Shown: positions 1-14,587, counted from the first letter of the stretch. The stretch is DNA of 64,000 nucleotides from Tubiluchus corallicola (GCA_030141605.1 JAQGDQ010000588.1:70983-134982), one strand, 5' to 3'. Numbers and translations: made by a program. Notes: generated from the letters alone by a model not told the origin.

Positions 1-1085
1 TGCGAAAAATGCAAAATGCATTTGAAATAATTTTCAACACCTGTAAATTGTGGACGTAATCACTTTCAAACACAAAACTCGTGTAGCTCCACCTTCAGCG
101 ATTTCAGTTAAGCTTTAGTATGCAGTGTGAGTACAGGTTGTATGAGCCACCCATTTTTTCCTTCAGGTTTCTCATTTGTGGCATTCTCTATTAGAAAACT
201 GCTTCTCTGAAAACTACAACTTTGCCTGCTTCAAGAGAAACAGCAATAGCAATCATTCTACCATCACTAGCAATTAAATTATAAGAATCCTGTTTCTCTG
301 GATACCTTTTTATTGTAGCCCTTATACTCATTGATCATTGACCTTGTTAGGGTACTATTTATATGAAAGAGATATTTTCATTCAAGTTTTTCATATGAAT
401 GTGGATTTTTTAAAGATAACACCGCAGATATTATGCAGGATCAATGGCAGTATCAGTTCCATAAAACATGGGCTTTCTAAGTAGTTACCACCTGATGACA
501 TTAACCTTTGTTACTTTGTAACCTTTGCTGCACTTACTATATCGGCATGCTATTAATATGATAAAAACATTATTGCAAAATCTGTTTCATGTTTGCATGA
601 CATACTTGGGGTTTTTCAGTCACGTATGGGGTTTTCAGTATCTTTGTTTTTCTATAGGTTTGTACTTTGCACTAGTGTTATCATATATCAATGCTTGTTC
701 TATCTTTGCTTACTTAGTACTAAATGTCATGAAAAACTATTAAAAGCATTTTGGTGCTCCAAATAACAAAGTCTGTTTATGCATTGAGTGACAACAAGCA
801 GCTTATATCAGGGCTGTTATTTGAAGTACAGCTATATTGCATTCTGTGCACATGCAGATGTATTCCAGTTGCTTAGAATTAACCAATTTGAAAAATGTTG
901 CTTAATATGTATTGGCAGCCATGCTACTGTAATTTTTGCGACAAAAATTAATCTTTTTATGTTCACATGAATGAGTTTGTAACTTGAATTTCTTGGCCAG
1001 TATAAATAGTCGGTGCAACTGTGTCTGAAAGTCTGAAATAGCGTATTGGCAAAGAAGTGAAATTGCGTTCTTCTAAGTAAATGAA

Positions 1086-4000
1086 ATGGCGAGTGGAGGA
1101 TACCAGCAGAAGACAGAAATGATGGGGATTCGACTGCCACAAGCTAGGGATACTCTTGATGGATTGAAAGTCAGACGCATACGTGGAGAACTTTCACCGG
1201 AAGAGTATCAACAGCGTAAGCAAATGTGTGCTGAAAGAAAGCGACCAAATGTGAAACAGTACTTTATTGATCAGAATAATGCAGTCGGGAGAGATTTTCC
1301 AGATGATGGTGACACCTATGCTGAAATCCCAGAAGATTCTGTTGACGACCAACAAGAGAACTGTAATGTACAGGTAGATTATGAACAGTTGCCTAAACCA
1401 GTTCCGAAACCTCGAGGCATGCTAAACAGTTTTGAGAATAAGGTAGTATACTTATGAGTGTTATTCTGGAAATGTTATAAGGAGTGCTTCTTTAAAAAAT
1501 CTGTGTGGGCATTAATATAATCGGAGTCTCCACTCACTCCCTCCCTCTTGCTCTCCCTCTTCCATTACCAGTACATGAAACAATAGTTTTAGTTGTGTCA
1601 GCAAACAAATATCTTCTGATTTTTCTAATTAAAAATAAGTTGTAGTTACCTGCTTTGCGTCTATGTTTTACATGTGTTCTATAATAAAGTCCTAAATAAA
1701 TTGCTAAAAGTTTAGTGCTTTCAGATAGTCTAATAACTAATTGTTGTATTGCATCACTAACAGATTTCTACAGATCACTACAATCTTGCTGCAATTCATT
1801 TTCAGCGTATCTGAAAATGACATCCAGCTGTTTACATGTCCCAGTGTAGACTACAGTGTAGAAATATAGTTTATTTCCTTCTAAGTAACCCCAGATTTGA
1901 GAAACTGTTATAAAAACTGTGGTCACCAGCATATGCTGTTAAATTCACCTTACTTGGTAGCTTTGTAGAACCTCCAATAATGTGCTGGTATATAAAGTAA
2001 ATATCACTGGTCCTGTCCTGCCACTGGTCCTGGTCCCCCCCCCCCCCCCGATGCAGTTTGAAACTTGAAAAGAATAATTAGCTAAATATCGTTCAAAGAA
2101 TTTTAATGCAGTATCTTTTTCTTCAAACTTAGATTGTAGAACAGTTAATAACACTCTGTGGTCGACAGTATCGAAAGCGGAACAACAAGTGTGGCTTTTT
2201 TATATGTAATATAATTACTGACTTTACTGAATGCAGTCTCAGTGCTATGAAAGTCTTGTTATGCACTTTGATAGTCAGGCATAAGATTGCAATCCATTAA
2301 ACAGCCTGAGAATTAAACCATTGTAATCTTCTCTGTAACCTTTCATAAGAATGATAAGTTGCTTACTGGTCTGAAACTTGCCTTTACATTACAATGAAGA
2401 CTGTGTTTCTTAAGCATTGGTTTAGTAACACGTTTTTCCAATCACCAGCAAAATGATCAGATATCAATTAGTGCTAGAAAAACATGAACTTGTCTTTTTA
2501 GCAAAGTGGTTGGTAGAGGATCAAGAAGACAAGTGTTCGAGACATAACTTGTAGACTTCATAGGTAGAGGATCAAGAAGACAAGTGTTCGAGACATAACT
2601 TGTAGACTTCATAGGTAGAGGACCAAGAAGACAAGTGTTCAAGACATAACTTGTGGACTTTGTAACTTGTAGAAATCTTGTATACCTCGCTAACACTTAG
2701 GGCCACATAGGCTGTTTGCCAAGTGGTCTATGTCCTTATAACTTGGAAACTTCACAGTTTACTTCATAGCACACATAAATAGTAGTTAAGCAACATCAGA
2801 TAGGAAATAAAATATTTAGATGAGACGGATGATTTGCAGAGCAAGTGTATTCATCTTGCAGCAAATTGATAGAAAAAGTGAGTTAAGTGGACAAAACAAA
2901 ACAAAGAGCTGCTTTCTTAGTACAGGTCTAAGAAATTTCGAGGAACTATATTTAACATAAGTTAACAAACTCTTATCATGTTAGGCATTACAGTTGTAAA
3001 TCATTTAAAATGATTTCTAATGGTAATCAATATTTTTGAAGATAGTAACAGTTTCGCCATTGAATACATCTAAATGGTAAAAATGCTAACAAACTTGACA
3101 TTTTAGAAATTCCAGTTTTCAAATTTTTATGCGGCTTTGCTCCTTAACTTTCAGACCTTTGTTACAACTCACCTCCGCCCACTTGGTTGTCCTAGACCAT
3201 CACCGGGATGCCAGGTTATAGTCCTTGGGACATTTGTATTCCACCCACAATATAGGCATTCCAAGTTATCAACATTGATACGACAGTCGTGCTGTTGGTC
3301 AAATAGAGATTAGTCGCGGTGGTTAGACCTAATCTTGTCAAATTTTTCATAGAAAAACTGTTCAAACTGGTTGGCTGATTTCTCATGCTCACCATCTGGA
3401 GAGGACCTCTCCTGTCTCTTCCAACAAATGATTTCACCAATGTAAAAAAAGTTTACGTGAATCATTCCCGCACTCAGCAATTTCTTCTCACATCACCAAA
3501 TCCATAAGAGCGCAACTTGACAAAATATTTCTAAAATTCGTAAATTTTGCCGAGTTTGTTGAACATCGGGTCCCCAGCCATTTAAGCTCAGCTCGCCATT
3601 TAGCTTTTTTCAGTGTATGCAGCTCTGGGTTATATTGGAGAAGGGCTATTGTGTGCAATAACCTTTTTAATCATGTGCATGTTGGTCAAGTAACTAAATT
3701 GAATATTGTAATAGCTATCTAAATCATTGGTGGACACGAGATTCTCGCTGTTGACAACCATCTTGTTGTTAACAAACTATTTGTAATGTTGTTGTAGTTT
3801 GTAAACTCATCACACTCAAGATGACTTTTGGGGCTGTGCAGTTGAAACATTTGTCATGATTTTAATATCTTTGTGTTGAAGTTTTTAATAAAAGTTGTTT
3901 CTTTCACAAAACTTTACTGATCTTGTTTTTAAGAAGAAAACAAAATATGTAAATTATTATAAAACATACAGATTGTTCAAAATATCACATTAGATTGTCA

Positions 4001-7000
4001 TATGCGTATCTCACTTAAATTTGAGCTTGCATTTCCCTTCATGTTGAAAGTCGTGTGCATTTAAAAAATCTTTCCCAAAAATCAGTCGACATGCTTTTAG
4101 TTTTTCGTTTTTTTGATACACAGTGCATATCAACTTTCACTAACTTGCTCTTGTATAGGCATTTCTTTCTTGCAGGGTGCAGGCATCAATGATGACGATG
4201 ATGAGCATTTTGATGGTATGTACATAGACAATCACCATTTTTCTTGTTTTGTACTGGGTGGGCAATTTTTGTAAATGATTTGTAAATACTCGGCAAGCAA
4301 CAACAACAACTGCTCGTGCTATTTTATTTATATATTTATGCAAAGTTCCTTCTCCGAGTTATAGAAATTAAACCAAGCAGAGATAAGCGATACTGAAAGC
4401 ACATAATATAGTTATGGTTTATAAGCCACAGGTCCACTGACTAATAGTGGCAGATGAGGATTCGTGAAGATAGCTCTTATAGTAGTTGTGGTGTGTATAG
4501 TACCACCATCTTAATCTGACTTAATTTAAGTGTTGAATGTGAACAGTGTGTTAAAAACGTAATATACATATAGTTAGAGATAATGCCTCTTTATTAGACA
4601 TAAAGACACAGAAAACTTGTATTTTATAACTAGCAGCCATTTCAGTATACAGCACTTCATACTTTTAATTTTAATGATTTTAATCATTAAGGTTACTTTT
4701 TCTTTTGTTGCATGTCTAAATTCAGTATCGTTTTTATTGCTCAAAATAATTTATCGTATCGTATCGTCTAAAAAATAGATTATCATTTTTGTATCACCAA
4801 ATTTGTATTGTTTGACATCCATAGCTTGAGTACTTAATAATGAGTCAACCTCCACAGTGGAGTACTTTTTTTAATGTCGTATGCCAAAGTATATAAAAAT
4901 CATGCAATTTTTCTGTCATTTTAAAATTTGTATTTTTTTAGATGGTGATTATGTTGATCCTGAAGACAAGGCCGATAGCATGTTGCAGTTGCCACCACCA
5001 AAATCACAACATTTGCCAAAAGTGACTGTCCCTCCACCCGTTCGCAGAGATAAGAAACCTGGTTTGTACATTGTGTTTTGGAGATATAAAGACCTGCTGG
5101 GCAATTCTCGTTCACTGATCAGTAATTTTGATTGATTCCATGCTCCTTAAGATGGATCTATGAACCTGTGTGATGTTTGAAAAACTTCAGGGGAGTTTTT
5201 GACATGCTGTCCTCGTTTGTGACACCTCTGACCTCTGACATAATTTTTGAGTTTCGATAGCTTTCCAACACAAGATGTCGCTGGCTGTTTTATTGTTTAT
5301 TTCTTTAGTCGGACTGAGATTCCCCAGTAACTAGTCTATTGACAGTTTTTGATAATTATTCATTATTGTCTGTAATGAGTCTTATTTTATTGTTTCAGTT
5401 AACAAGTTACACATACCATCACCTCCAGATACATCCAAGGTAATTTGATGCTACCAGGTAACAGGCTGTATGAAGGTTAATTTTATCGTTCAAAATTTTA
5501 CTAAAATATTCGTGTGGCTTTGACTATCACAATTATTGCTGTGTGCTGTATACTTATGAACTTTTTTATCTTCCAACTCACTTTGTCAATGAATGATGAG
5601 ATCTATTACTAGTCGTCTATTGTGTAGGCAGATTTGTTTTTGCACATTTAAATTGCAAAGTCACTTCTTGCTTCAAATTCTGAGGTGCATATTGCATTGC
5701 ACATATATACCACATTACACCATAGTAGAGATCACATACACTATTACATTGTATTATCTAAAGAGGTTATTAAAAATAAGCCTATTATACATCAAATTTG
5801 AGCACTTTTTGACATTTGAAAAAGCCAATGCAATGTAACTTAGATCTCATTTTAAACCTCCTAAATGCCTTGAATGCAGGAAAAAGCACCCCAGCCCACA
5901 TAGCTGGAAATTTGGGGAAAGCGAGTTAGGGGGAGCTTCTATTTAAACCCTTTTCCCCTCTCTACATAAAACTTTTCACGCTGTCACTGAAAAGCAACAT
6001 AAAATGATTTAAGATCAACATATGTTGAAGGATCATCACTACTGATTTAATAATTTTCAGTTATTCTATACCCGTAAACTTGGCTTAGTAAAAAAGGTAC
6101 TTTATTTTTCCCTAATTTTTAAATTTCGTGTCACATTTTTGAATGTGTTTAACATTCAGTTATCGTAATTATTTTCTTGAGAATAAATGAATATTGAGAA
6201 TTTAATCATATGCCAGCTGGCTATGGCTACTACAGTTTGTTATGCATGCAGGAACCGGGGAAATGGAGTGCCAAGAGTAATGTATTGACATAAAATTCTT
6301 GCATAAATTGCTTCACAAATTTCGCCTAACATATGCTAAATATGCAGACAAAGCATTCGAACTGACTTTTACACTGCTTTTAATGAGCAGCAGAATTTTA
6401 CATTAAAATTTGTTTCCAACACATTTCAATATTAAAAAAGAGCTCTAGATATTTTATAGATTTAATAAGCAAACAAGTGAATACAAAGTATAACAATATT
6501 TTAAACACTACTGTACATAGCTTATTTTAACTAAAACAGATCTGAATTTACTATGAGATTATCAAAACTTTTGACTTGACCATTATCAAACGGACAAAGC
6601 ACATAATTTAGAACTTCATTCCAGCTAATTATTATAACAATTTTCACAGGTCAGGTTACTGTACAATGTAAGTTAATTGATGGCATCTAGACTAGAGGAA
6701 GTATTTCTCAGATGTAAAAGTAACAGTCAGTTTAGGCATTGCTCTCTATAAACAGTGAGAATACTGTCCCACTTCTCTGCATATACTAGTATTTTGTTGC
6801 TCAGGCCAAACGTGCAATGATGAGATAATGTCACAGCATACACATCATAGGAAGAAATGTACCAATGATGGAGTAATGCTTGCCAGAGGTGAAAGTGGAG
6901 GTGGTGAAAGTCTTAAGAGTTAGGAAGCATATCGCTTGAAAATTTTTGATTAAATTGCTTTAATAAGACACAGCAAATGTTCTGAACTTATGTTGTTTTA

Positions 7001-10000
7001 CAGTTTAGTATTTCTTTAAAGAGTTTTTGAAATCACCATTTTTGCAAAGATCATGCATATTGCTTTATTTTGTTCTATGGTAAGAACTATAATAATTTGT
7101 TAAAAAAACTGTATTCCGAGATCACAGCTAAATTTTGCTGATTGCGGGATACGTTTCAAATGTATTTGTGGTAAAGAACAATTAAGCGGTGAATTACTTG
7201 GGTCTATAATTTTGGGATCGATTCTTAAATTGAATTAAAAACCTCGTTCAGATTTGATGTGAACATTCCCTGCTCATTCCTACTGAAAGAAAAAGTTATT
7301 AACAAAAAAAGATGAATCCTAGAATGCTTACAAGTGTGCAATAACTAATTTTATATTGACCTATATTGGGCTACCCTTTTAAGTGTAGAACATCGCAATA
7401 GTGTAGTGCCTGTAATAATATTATTTGTTTGTATTATCACTTCATGTCATCCATTTTGCATTGTTTTATGTACTGCTGTGCAATTTCTCATTTTACTGGA
7501 CATTATAACAGTAGCAATATGAGTTGTTGTTTTGATATGCCCGATAACACCGTAAATAAGGATAAAGACAAAAAAATTGATTAATTATAAATAATACTTT
7601 ATATCATAATTTTATGAACAACTTAACAGGTACAGAAACACTCGACATCCCGCAGAGCAGTACACTATCAAAAAGAAGTTCGTATTAAAATAGTGTCGGA
7701 TATTGTTACAGTTGTTATGCTATGTGGATAAGCACACTTCTGATAATGTGATAGGCACACTTTGATAATGTGATAGGCACACTTCTGCTAATGTGACAGG
7801 CACACTTCTGGTAATGTGATAGGCACACTTCTGCTAATGTGACAGGCACACTTCTGGTAATGTGATAGGCATACTTCTGACAATGTGATAGGCACATTTT
7901 GATAATGCAATAAGCACACTTCTGATAAGTTGTAACAACTGCTGTGGAGATCTTGCCATAATGCAGAAGCACTTTTACTTATGCACATGGATCACATGGG
8001 TCATTTTAATTATACCCATATTCACATGCATTGACATCCATTAAAATTATAGCAGCATGAGAGTTCTGTACCAAGTGGACATGCACCTGTGAAGAAAAAG
8101 TCCCCGGCTGTACCTGAACATAGTGGCAAACCTCCAGCGCCACCACCAAAACCTGTGATGCGTCCACCAATGCTGAAAATGCAAGATGATGACACTTACA
8201 GTCAGCCTGATGAACCTGGTTTTTGCAGTGGACAGCCGGTATGTTGAAATTTTGGTTCTTTTCTCATACATAAATGTGCATTATGCCAATTTCAAGTTTA
8301 CCGATTTTACTTTTATATCGCTCAGCTTGACTTATTTGTGTTTAAAATACTTGTGGATTAAGTTCAGTTTTATTTTTGCTTGACATTTATCACCTAGATG
8401 TTTCACTAGTTTTGTCTCTTGCATTTTGCCCTATAAATTCACGTTGTTGTTAAACAAAAATTTACTATGGTTTCATAAAATCATTGTCGTTATTTAAAGT
8501 ATAATTTTGTTATTTTTAGAGAAACAAACTGAACTTGAACTTTGTCGCATACATTACACACTAATACTTTTTGCCAAGTGCATAAATGAAATACGAAATT
8601 GTGAAGATGAATACAGTACATCAACTTTTCGTACAGTGACACAGAAATTATTTTTACTGCACTAAACAGCATATACTTTTGTACAGTATTGCTCTGTATT
8701 GATGCTTATGTAATAATAGAAATAATAATGGTTGACATTAAATTGTAACTTATTAATGTGTGATACAGATGGCCTAATAGCTACGGTGCAAGACTATTGT
8801 GCTGTTTAAGTACGTAGCCCGAGTTTGAATCTTAGGACACACCTGTATTGCCTCAAACAGCTGTTAAGCTAAAGTGATACGTATTTGTGATATCTCAGTG
8901 TTGATGCATTAAAAGAAAAGTTGCCTAGGGTAATGTATGGCTAATGTTATGTGCTTGTTGTGTCGACTTTAAGTAAGGTGGTTTATCTTCTGTCGTTTTT
9001 GACTATTTTGACAGGTGACTCATATGCCTGTTATATTTTTGTAGGAATATTCCGTGCCAACTCCCACTTCTGAGGAAACCTACACATTACCTGCACCACC
9101 ACCAATTAAACTAAGTAATTACTCATTTTTATTTTGAAAAATATCATTATTTTACTACACATTTGGTTTTAAAATTGAGTTTACTGTAGAAAATTAGGAT
9201 ATCTCACACATCCAGTTTCACGCACACAAGCAGAAATAATTGTCGATAGAAAAGTACGTCCTGCTTGTGTACATAAGGTGGACAACCAAAAAACGCATGT
9301 TGAGGTACTGCAGAGTGTCCAGATGACAAAACAACTTCAAAACAAATTACAGCATGCTTATTGGCACACAACAAACACACAGTTACTGATTATATATCTC
9401 CAATGTGGTAAAATGTTATAGTAATGTAATTTTTTTTTTCAGATAAAGACAACCCACCACCTCTTCCTCTTGGGCCTCGACCTGTGGTTGGTGATAGAGG
9501 TGCACATTTAGCACTAATATTTTCTGCTTGCATGAAGACTTGTAAAATAACATGTTTATTTTTTATTAATGAAGAAATGTGCAGAAACAAAGTGGATATA
9601 GTAACTTGAACAACTGTACAACACCTTTAAAATGTTGCAAATCTTGTCAGGTATATTTACCTGCTTGCATTTCGGACGGCTTGAATTGATCAGTAAAGAA
9701 AGGTGTGCTATGCATTGAAAAGGTTTACGGTTCACCATATTTTCCAAAAATTAGTTTGAATAGATGATGAGGAGGATGCAAGCTCGTAGTCTGTGCTCAT
9801 GTTGTGTCAGAAGATTTTTGAAAGAGAGTACCTATATCCAACTATCATACTTATTGAAACTTACATTAAGTTCATTACTAGAACTCTGCCTTTTCAGAGC
9901 CTTAAGTAGTAAAGCGTAAATGTAGCTTTTACTATTATTTTCAGTAATGTAAAGACACTGGCTTATACAATAAGAAACATCTTTGCTTTTAATCTTGGCA

Positions 10001-13000
10001 TTGATGATATAGGACTGTATACCAGTTCCCGGGATAATTAATACTACCTAGCTACTTAGGAAAGTTTGTAGTAAAACAAACTTGTTATAGACCATATGTG
10101 AGCAATTTTTGGACATTTGTGAAGGCCAGTGTTCTTCAATACTATACGTGGATTTTAAGCATTTAAAATGTTCCTCAAATGCAGCCCACTTTACCCCATG
10201 TGTTTACAAAGTTTAAACGGGAAAAAAATTAAATATTACACAGTTTTAAAACTTATTTTCTTTGTAAAATTATTTAGCATCCCAGAGTTTTGTAATTTTT
10301 TAATAAATAATTCACTGCATTTTAGACAACAATTTTAACTTTTGTTACCTGTTTGTGAAAAAAGAGAAATAAAATCATCTGCACAGGTAAAATGTTCCCG
10401 ACAACACTGTTACTATATTAGCTGCATAACTAATGTTAATTACTTATTTAGCTATGATCTTTCTTTTACAGGCAGCGGAGGTAGCACTATATCAACATCA
10501 AGTAAGTTTGCAATTATTTTCTAATATTTTAATAGTACATGTCTCTTAATGTAGATTTAAATCAGGAAGCTCAATAAATGCTTAAGCTACCAGTGTGGTA
10601 TCTCTTGTATAAACAGTTGTAAATTGTATAATATGTACATTGACCTTGTTGACTATTCGTTGTTTGTATGCTATATTTTGATTTGCACCTAACTCTGCTA
10701 TGCTACTGTTTAACAGCCAAAAATGACCTTATATCATTGCCCAACCTAGATTGCTCAGTTTATCTAACAACTACTGTCAATTTACTCAAATAGTAGAAAG
10801 GATCAGAAATGCAAATTTTACGTTCAGTACAAATTATAGAATAGAATAGAATGCACAAACAAGTAGGACCTTGCTCGTATTAAGTTCAAAATTGTTACTG
10901 TTGTGTTAAGAAACAAGATTGATAAAATTATATTTGAATTACACTACATTTGCTAAGTTTAATGAAATTATATTTGAATTACACTACATTTGCTAAGTTT
11001 GATGAAATTATATTTGAATTACTCTAGATTTGCTAGACATTTTATCATTTACTTTCAGGTATTTCCAGTAGCGAGGGTGGCCCACCGGTGACTCTAAGAA
11101 AGCGCCAGGTAATTTAGTAAACAGGCTCTAAACGTACTCACATTAGTGGGCTGGTGTATGGACACAATAATTTTATTCCTCATAAAAAGTAGAGATAGCT
11201 CAACATTTCTCTATTTGGTTTATATTTAGAATGTACACCATAATAGTATGACTTTTATAATAAGTAAGGTACAAGTCACTATAAATAAAACTGAATTATG
11301 AGAGTAAAACACAAACTTGTCCCTTTTGGTTTTGTGCAATAAATTTTAATTTAGTTTTTAATTAGCTTTATATAAATATAAAAATATGCATTGAATTTCA
11401 TTTAGTTCAAAAATATCTACCATATGCCAAAATTTTTCATGTGTTCACATATATATGTGCCTAATTTATATGGCATGATGGAGCTCATTTTTGACAATGA
11501 GGGACAAGAGTGCCCGGAACAATTGAGCTGTTGCGGTTCTGATACACCAAGTATCATTAGTTTATTTGAAATTTTGTTCGTTCTGGAGTCTTTGTGTCTT
11601 TTGACGTGGCTTTATTCAGTTTAAATAATTGTTTGTTTTAATTTTCCGTATTAAAGTGAGACCAGTTGCACAGCAAATTTATTGGTCAATGCTATAAGAT
11701 ATCTATTAATGGCATACATAAATTGCTTTTTTAGAACCGCCCGCTTGTGTCATATCCTTGGTACCATGGTAATCTGGATCGCTACCAAGCTGAAACAAAA
11801 GTCAAAATTGTAGGAGAGGTAATTGAAATTAGTTTAATATAAATTAACAAATTAAATTTAACATTAATTAATTATTATGCTAACCTGGACTGCTACAAAG
11901 CTGAAACAAAAGTCAAAATTGTAGGAGAGGTAATTGAGATTAGCTTATTATGAATTAGAAAATTAAATTTAACATTAATTAATTATTATTATTTTGTCTA
12001 ATTCTGTTCAGCAATGGCAGTACGGTAGGTACACAGCTTTTTTTTAGTCTAATGTTTGATTATCATTAATAAATTTGTTTCTGACAATAAAATTCAAGGT
12101 CCAATATAATGTACAATATTTGGACACAAGTATGCATTTTGTAAGAGAAAATTTTGCAACTAATGTTATTTAATGTACACTTTTGTACAGCATAATTCCA
12201 AAATTTGACATTGACACATGTCTGTTAGTGGAACTGTGTCCTTGAGAGTTAATTGGCATGGTTTAGTATTTACTTGTGTGCTCTCAGACTGTTCCTTAAC
12301 AATATAATACACTGATGCTATATACATAATTCTAATAATGCTAAGGTCCATTAAAATTTCAGTCAATTTTGCATTGCATTGCCTTTATCAATATGAAGTA
12401 ATGTTTCCGTTTCAAATATAAGAACACTGTGGCACACTGTTATTATTTCAATAGCATAAGTTGGTTCACTCTAGGCACTAAAAAGTCTCTTGAACTCCTC
12501 ATTTAAGTTTTTTATGTTATTGGTTTACCTATAACAAATAGTATCTTATCATGTATCAAGGTAGGCCTTACACATCCAAGGTTGCTTATTACATCACTTT
12601 TTTGCTGCTGTAGTACATTGACAAACTATATTAAATTGATCATCAATTCAATAAGCCTTTTCACAGTTTTGCTATGTGCATGCCGCAGTTGCTGTAGGTG
12701 AAAGGTTAACTGAACCCAGAGTATCTTACTTAACTACAACAGACACGTGACCTTATGCACATAACTACATGTAAGTGAAACGGGTGAAACACGCAATTAT
12801 ATACATACTACACATGTATAGGTTTGAACTAATATGTTATTGTTATCTGAAAACAGCTCGCAAAGTAGAAGCAGCAACCTGCATAAAATGAAATAAATGA
12901 AGCCAAAATTAATACCAAGAACTGTTACTAATAGAACAGCATGAATTTCGAAGAGTTGTCAAGTGCAAACATATGCATTGTTTAGTTCAGATAACATCGT

Positions 13001-13752
13001 TAGGTTCACTTAACGTTTGACTTTTTCAGGATCACCCCCAATCGCTGGAACTGTGAAAAGGCTTATTATACAGTAATAATGTTTGTCTCGTATTTGTAGG
13101 ATGGAGCTTTTCTTATTAGAGAAAGCAACAGCGGTGGTACTGAATGCCAACACAAGCTCACAATTTGCTGTCATAACTTTGTCAGACACTTGCTGATACG
13201 GCTAAGGAATGATGGCAAGTATGCCTTAGGAAGCTACAAAGATGACGAATTGGTACGTTTTGTTTTTACTTGACCATTTTCATTTTAAGTGCAATTTTGG
13301 CCACACTTTAGAAATTAGCTTGAGTAGTTTCAAAATGTCTAATGGCTTTTTCGATAGTGTACTACAGTAACTTATATATGGTGTAATGAGACCACGAGAA
13401 CTTGCATGTCCAATGAGACAAGGACCTTGTGACTAATGTGGAAAAACTGGACATTGGCTGGTGATGTGTTTAATTGACAATATTAAAACACAAAATAATA
13501 GCTGTCGTACTCCATCTTACAGCAGATCCCAAGCCTGGCTGTAATAAGGATGACAATTCTTTCTGTCAGGACACACTAACTTTGTTACTTTGTTTTTGCA
13601 TGATAAGTATAGTAATTTATAATTTTATTTGCTAACACTTCCTCTCCTTTCAGACGTTTGACTCCATTCCAAGTCTTGTTGAGTACCATAAGGAGCATGT
13701 AATTACCTTCACTGCAGGTAGTCAAGCTCTACTAACTAGACATGTTACCTAA
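1086..13752 (+). CDS. SH2-domain adaptor protein, BLNK/SLP-76(LCP2)/CLNK-like (about 428 aa, 12 coding exons)
   Basis: Phase-compatible GT-AG exons read by hand: 1086-1442, 4176-4215, 4942-5061, 5399-5439, 8053-8238, 9045-9114, 9443-9499, 10472-10501, 11059-11108, 11735-11818, 13100-13252, 13654-13752 (sum 1287 nt, ends TAA). N-terminal part has acidic Tyr motifs (DTYAEIP, DYVDP, DTYSQP, EYSVP, ETYTLP) and PxxP tracts. C-terminal SH2: YPWYHGNLDRYQAE...DGAFLIRES...YALGSYKDDELTFDSIPSLVEYH. The 9499 donor and the small middle exons are less certain. Confidence 0.85.
2512..2660. repeat. 51-bp tandem repeat, about 3 copies (intron 1 of the SH2 gene)
   Basis: Unit GGTAGAGGATCAAGAAGACAAGTGTTCGAGACATAACTTGTAGACTTCATA starts at 2512, 2563 and 2614. 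Confidence 0.95.
7040..7272. mobile_element. Dispersed non-autonomous element (MITE-like), same family as 16215-16545
   Basis: Shares GCAAAGATCATGCATATTGCTT...AAATTTTGCTGATTGC...GGTGAATTA with the copy near 16320-16490. Confidence 0.6.
7728..7929. repeat. 23-bp minisatellite, about 9 copies
   Basis: Unit GCACACTTCTG(A/C/G)TAATGTGA(T/C)AG repeated head to tail. Confidence 0.95.
10925..11035. repeat. 40-bp tandem repeat, about 3 copies
   Basis: AAATTATATTTGAATTACACTACATTTGCTAAGTTT.ATG at about 10925, 10965 and 11005, just upstream of the 11059 acceptor. Confidence 0.9.
11770..11989 (+). repeat. 111-bp tandem duplication of the 3' half of an SH2 exon plus its splice donor
   Basis: 11770-11880 and 11881-11989 both contain GCTGAAACAAAAGTCAAAATTGTAGGAGAG|GTAATTGA...AATTAAATTTAACATTAATTAATTATTAT. 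Confidence 0.9.
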
Positions 13753-13927
13753 GACATATGATGGCTGACCAGAAAAGTTCATTTTGACAAAGCAGAAGTT
13801 TTGACTAGTGCTGTATGCAGTGTTCACTCTAAATTCCTCATCAAATTTACCTGCTTAGAAGGATGATTTAGTAGTATTAGAGTAAAACAAGATCTAATTG
13901 TAAACTATGGTGCAAAATGACTTAACA

Positions 13928-14587
13928 CATGTCTGCTTGCAAACCAAAACTGTCCGTAAGTCTATATAGTTAAAACTAGGATATTATGCTTCAAAGCAGA
14001 GTGCACCAAAAATTTGGTCAAATCTGCATTTTTGGTTTTTTATAAAAACAAATGCTAAATATATTGGACTTTTATATTCTAGCACCAAATTATCAAGAAA
14101 ATGTTCCAAAAATATTAGAAATCTAATTTTATAACCCTGTACCCACTTTTCTGGCTGAAAACTAGCACTACAATTGTAGAAAACTGATATTTTCAAATTC
14201 TGGTAGTAGCTCATGGAAGCAATCATTTTACTTCGGGTTTTTTCTATTGCCAAGCCCAGATCTTTATCAGGAAGAGCCACCTACTGGATTTAAACATAAC
14301 ATCAATGTGCTCTTGCAAAGTCCGTAGCAGCCAACATTTGTGCGGTTGCTAAGTGTTTTATAGAAATGCGACAAAAAACATTGGCTAACTTTAACAGCGA
14401 TTTTCTCAAGGTTATGTTTTTCAGTGTACACACTTCAACTTCAACGTGGATTATCTCAGCTTAGAAATAACAGAGTGGTGATCTTTGTATCAAAATGATC
14501 CTCATGAAATGGAGATTCAGAATATGTGAATAACTAGAAAAGCCTACTTGCCGACTTTCGGATGATTTTGTTATGCAAGCGCATATG
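13928..14587. mobile_element. Putative MITE with imperfect terminal inverted repeats
   Basis: Left end CATGTCTGCTTGCAAACCAAAACTGTCCGTAAGTC; reverse complement of right end CATATGCGCTTGCATAACAAAATCATCCGAAAGTC; no coding capacity. Confidence 0.45.

Noticed and set aside
7715-7988. Cys/His-rich 'zinc-finger-like' ORFs
   Set aside because: Derived from the 23-bp minisatellite.
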